Source of the DNA: Amphiscolops sp. MND2022
Taxonomy: Eukaryota
Assembly: GCA_964187785.1 (NCBI GenBank)
Contig: OZ076413.1
Coordinates: 44,580,001-44,644,000, forward strand
Length of the DNA stretch: 64,000 bases
Direction of reading: 5' to 3'
The position numbers and the translations under genes are program-made. Of the stretch, positions 59,996-64,000 are shown piece by piece (the stretch's first letter is position 1; every line of letters begins with the position of its first letter). Below the pieces are notes generated by a model that saw nothing but the letters and a program-made list of their open reading frames with translations, searched no databases and was not told the origin of the DNA.

Positions 59996-60320
59996 TTTAG
60001 TCGGCGCTTCATGAAGTGAATTGCGACTAATATAGTGAGTCTTTTTTTCAATCCACACGAACGGAACAAAACAGTTCTACAAAATTTTAAGGGGCCAAAA
60101 TGCACCATTTGGTCCAGAGAACTAAAATATAATAATAGTTCCTATTTTTATCATAACCTACAAAACCGGACGAGACTAAAGGGTCCCTCTTACAATCTTT
60201 TCGGCATGAGACTTTCTTACTATGAGACTTTTTTCCCACAGGGCCCCTTTCAATTTTCTTTGCTACAGAATGAATGTTAAAATTGCAAAGAGTCCCCCCT
60301 GTCACATTTTTCGGTACTAT
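59996..60320 (+). mobile_element. Helentron-like family copy (truncated)
   Basis: tttagtcggcgcttcatgaagtgaattgcgact terminal hairpin and family-type interior. Confidence 0.5.
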
Positions 60321-62169
60321 AAGACTGTTCTAAGTTTTCATTCTAATATTTGTCTGATATTAGATTTTCTCAATATATATCCACCAATAATTTTTTTCTT
60401 TACTATCCTAATTTTGCAGATGGAGGAAATGATGATAACTTTGCTTGGCAACCTACCAAACCTTGTAAAAAGTTCAAGAAGTTTCAACCAACCTGGGGAT
60501 ATATGTTCAATCATGCTTCCCATTTTGAGATGCTACTACGTCACGGTTAATGAACGTTTCTGCTTTTTAGTTTTAAAAAATACTTCGAGCGGTATCTGTT
60601 GAAACATATTGTCTGACATTTTTCAAGCAATAACAAAATTTCTATGCAAATTAGGACGTCTATTTATTCCTGTCAATACTCCTGTCAATGTATGGCTTCT
60701 TTTGCAAGATGGTTTGACCGGTAGATAACTACACTGTTTTGCTTCATCTTTCTATTCAAACCACAAAAGGATTGAGTTGCATCTTGTCAATCAAAAAGCT
60801 CAAAAAGATTGAATGATGGGTTCGGCGGAAACACAAAGGCGGATAGAGTCCGTCATTCAATTGTCATTGTTGCGAGGATGAGTTTGGCAAAAATAGGTTA
60901 TTCTGGCACAAATCGCCTTCTAAATACAAGAAAAAAAGGAAGATGAATTTCTATTGTATTGACCTAACGGGATGAAACGAAATCGACGTTGTCAAATACG
61001 CATTACCTCGTTCAAATTACCCAGTAGGTGTCGATTTTTATCTGCTCATTTCCCCGAAATCTCTTTCCGAATTGACAAAGATGTAAATCTTTAGTTTGGT
61101 TGGAGCGTACCAAAGTATTTGAGGATTTAGCAAATACTTTCAGCTTCCACTGAAAAATTCATTCAAGCATTAAGCTTGAGTAGCTGTTGTTGACCGCGTC
61201 AAATGTGTTAAAAAATGAACGTTATAGCTTAGTTATCATAGAAGACTTCCTCCGTTTTGTTGGCAAAGTATATGGCACCTCCTTTATAGCTCAAACAGTG
61301 ACAACAATAATGAAAATGGCACCAGCGGCAACAGTAGCAAGTGGCCAAACTCCATCGAAATTGGAAGGAGAGTCTAGAAGACAAGACAACATTGTATTGG
61401 GAACACAGATTGCGCAAAGCCAGCCAACTACGAAAAACCTGAAGAGTATGTCCGCATTTTTCATCTTTCACAGCTACAACTAAGCTCATTCATGTTTGAT
61501 TTTAACAAAAACTCAACAAAAACTCCAGTTTTTTATGGGAAAGGAAACAAATATTCAAAAATCTATCAGCTGCGTCGTATCTCAGATTAAAAGCGGAACA
61601 TTTCAACTACCAGCACAAACATTTTTGTCTTTCGTTGATAATTGAATTGTTCATTGTGGATGTATTCCAAGAAATCTTTAATCACCTGAGATCTAACGAA
61701 ACAACGAAATTTTCAAAACTCGTTGTTGAAACGAAACATCAAAAAACGAGAGGATCGAAAAAGGGATCTTGCGAATACCCAATAGCCAAACAAAAAGTAA
61801 ATCCAAAATCGGTTGAACATACACTGATCAAGGCTATAATTGGTTGCTGAAACTGAACTTAATAGAGGGGCAAATCAAAACATACCTGAGAACCCTAAAT
61901 AGACTTTATGTAACAGACAGTAGTGACCTTTTTGCATTATTTTTCCAATAAAAAAGTTTGTCATCGTTCTTAAGAACCTACTGGATCTTTAACATTAACT
62001 AAAGAATAAAAATTGAAACGTTTACTGTGGAAAAATTATTAGTGACTGTGAATAATAAATGATTCAGTTTGAGTTGGTCTGAATTTGGTTCTTTAATATC
62101 CAGGGCAGAAACTCGAAGAGCTAATTATGCTCGTTTTCTGTCCTGCTTGAACGTTTTTTTCCTTAATTT

Positions 62170-62672
62170 TTAGTCGGCGCTTTTATTAATAAAAGAGCCC
62201 GACTATTACAGTCACTCGTTTTTTTTCTTTAAGACAGACTCGAAGCGACGAACGTTATCGTTCAGTACTCTTCAACTAAAGGAAACTAAACGAAGACCCC
62301 GGAAACGCATCTAAGTTATGCCAAAGGGTCCCCCCTTTGGTTTTTTACTTTTTATTTACTTTTTCAAGGAAACCCACACAACCGGACGTGCCTAAAGGGT
62401 CCCCCCTTTGGATTCTTTTGGACCCTGTGCGACTTTTTCTTCGAAAATCTTTTAATGTCCTCAAAGGGTCCCCCTTCGAGGTTTTTGATATTTTGCAACG
62501 GAATGTATGTTAATAAATCCAGAAGGGTCCCCCTTTTTACATTTTTCGGCACTATGCGACTTTTTTTGAAAGAAAAAATTTTTTCAAAAATTTCAAGTTT
62601 TTTTCCAAAAAATTGTTTTGCACTTTTTGAGCCTTAGATATGGCGCCGACTTTAGACGTTCTCGTCTTGTTT
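62170..62672 (+). mobile_element. Complete Helentron/DINE-like non-autonomous element
   Basis: 5' T-run-agtcggcgctttt...aaaagagcccgact hairpin; 3' gcgccgact plus gacgttctcgtc stem-loop plus ttgttt; T-rich flanks, no TSD. Confidence 0.6.
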
Positions 62673-64000
62673 GATAATTATGTTGTTTTATGTATGCCTT
62701 CAAGAAAACTACAATTTTCAATATTTCAATAACAGTATCAAGTCTGCAGAATTTTCAAGTTTTTCAAAAAAGGTTTCGTTCTCTAACTCTGACTGTAAAT
62801 TACCCTTTGTTTTGTTTCATTTAGCCTTTTATCGTTCATGAAGAAATGTCTCAAAGAGTTGTTGCGCTTTTTGGTAGAATAGTCGAACTCATAGAAAAAT
62901 TTTTGACGCTGTATTCATTCATGCAAAGTTTCTTTTTAAATACAAAACAAGAAAAATTCCACGAGACAGTATGAAACTACTTTGCAAGATTATAACGCAG
63001 CTTCCTCTATCTCGTGATGGTGTTATGTACCATTTACGCAACCTCTGTTCACAAAAATCCTGAATTTTATTCAGCGCATTTTCGCCAGAATTATGCCGAG
63101 CATCTCAGTGGAGCTAAATTGAGTTTAGTAAAAATTACTTGAAGTAAGCAACAGTGATTTTTCAATGTAGTTTGGAATAGCCAATACGGGTACAATTGTT
63201 GTGGACTTTGTTAGAGCAATTGAGAATTAAATTTTGCCTTTATTCTTTTGATCGCTTCCAGTAAAATTCTTTATTTTGTACGAACTGTTGATTGAGTCAG
63301 GTGCTAATCTTTATCAAGTTCGTCGGAAAAAAAGTTCTCTGTCAGAGAAAACGATAGCAGAACTTCTCGAAGATATTTTTGTTGCCAATTGTGCGTAGAC
63401 TATATTGAAAACTTAACGACCTCCCAATATACTTCTTGAGTAATCCATCTAAACACGTTTTTACTCTCCAAAGAAGTTTTAGCAATTGTGGACAGGTACT
63501 TTAAAACAATGCTAATGTTTGATTTTCCAAAAAGAAGTATAAATTTTACTGGAAACATACAAGTTTCTAGATCAAGGCTTTGTGGCTTGATTGAGGGAGA
63601 TAAGACATTTATCTTTGAACGAAGAAAAATACCATTGAATGATAATTATTTTGCATGCACTCCATTGAAAGTAATGAAAAAGTGGTACACAATGAGCTAT
63701 TGATTAATACATTGTCATAAATTGCTTTCTATAAATGTTTTCAAATAACTGCTCTGAATGTTAGCTATATAATCAAATTGGAGAACAATACGGCTCAAAA
63801 AAGTAGGATTTGCCGAAATTCTTCAGAAATTTTTGTCCTTGCTTGAATGGGGCACAAAAGAGAAAAGTTTGTAGAAAATGGAAACCCAAAATGGGAGAAC
63901 CCCATTTGTTTCAGAATCGATAATCCAAAGTATAGCCAAACACAAAGATTTGCTCATACCTGTGATTGTAATGACCATCTACCTATTCATTGGAGCGTTG

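Noticed and set aside
60400..64000. Short ORFs (e.g. 61187-61483, 63488-63703) as host exons
   Set aside because: No recognisable motifs or consistent splice structure.

Overview
AT-rich eukaryotic DNA, probably an invertebrate animal (spliced host gene, no prokaryotic features). More than half of the window is two full-length, related but diverged ~18 kb LTR retroelements lying tail-to-tail. E1 is at 5374-23217 (+), with 415-bp LTRs (1 mismatch) and TSD CTAG. E2 is at 27492-45836 (-), with 269-bp LTRs (2 mismatches) and TSD CTTG. Both have Ty3/Gypsy domain order (one gag-PR-RT-RH-IN frame) but a complex-virus gene set. The leader holds a conserved micro-ORF, an array of covarying hairpins and small hydrophobic ORFs. 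After gag-pol come a Met-less ORF2, an envelope glycoprotein resembling class III (chuvirus/gB-type) fusogens, and three further unknown ORFs (ORF4-6). Both share a short TGGTGCGAC PBS and a non-canonical PPT. Each element sits inside a short non-autonomous DNA transposon. Both gag-pol copies carry lesions. The rest of the window is MITE/Helentron-like repeats and a 4-exon two-pore-domain K+ channel (K2P/KCNK-like) gene at ~48.7-56.9 kb with two apparent frame disruptions. Family assignments come from motif recognition by eye, not database searches.
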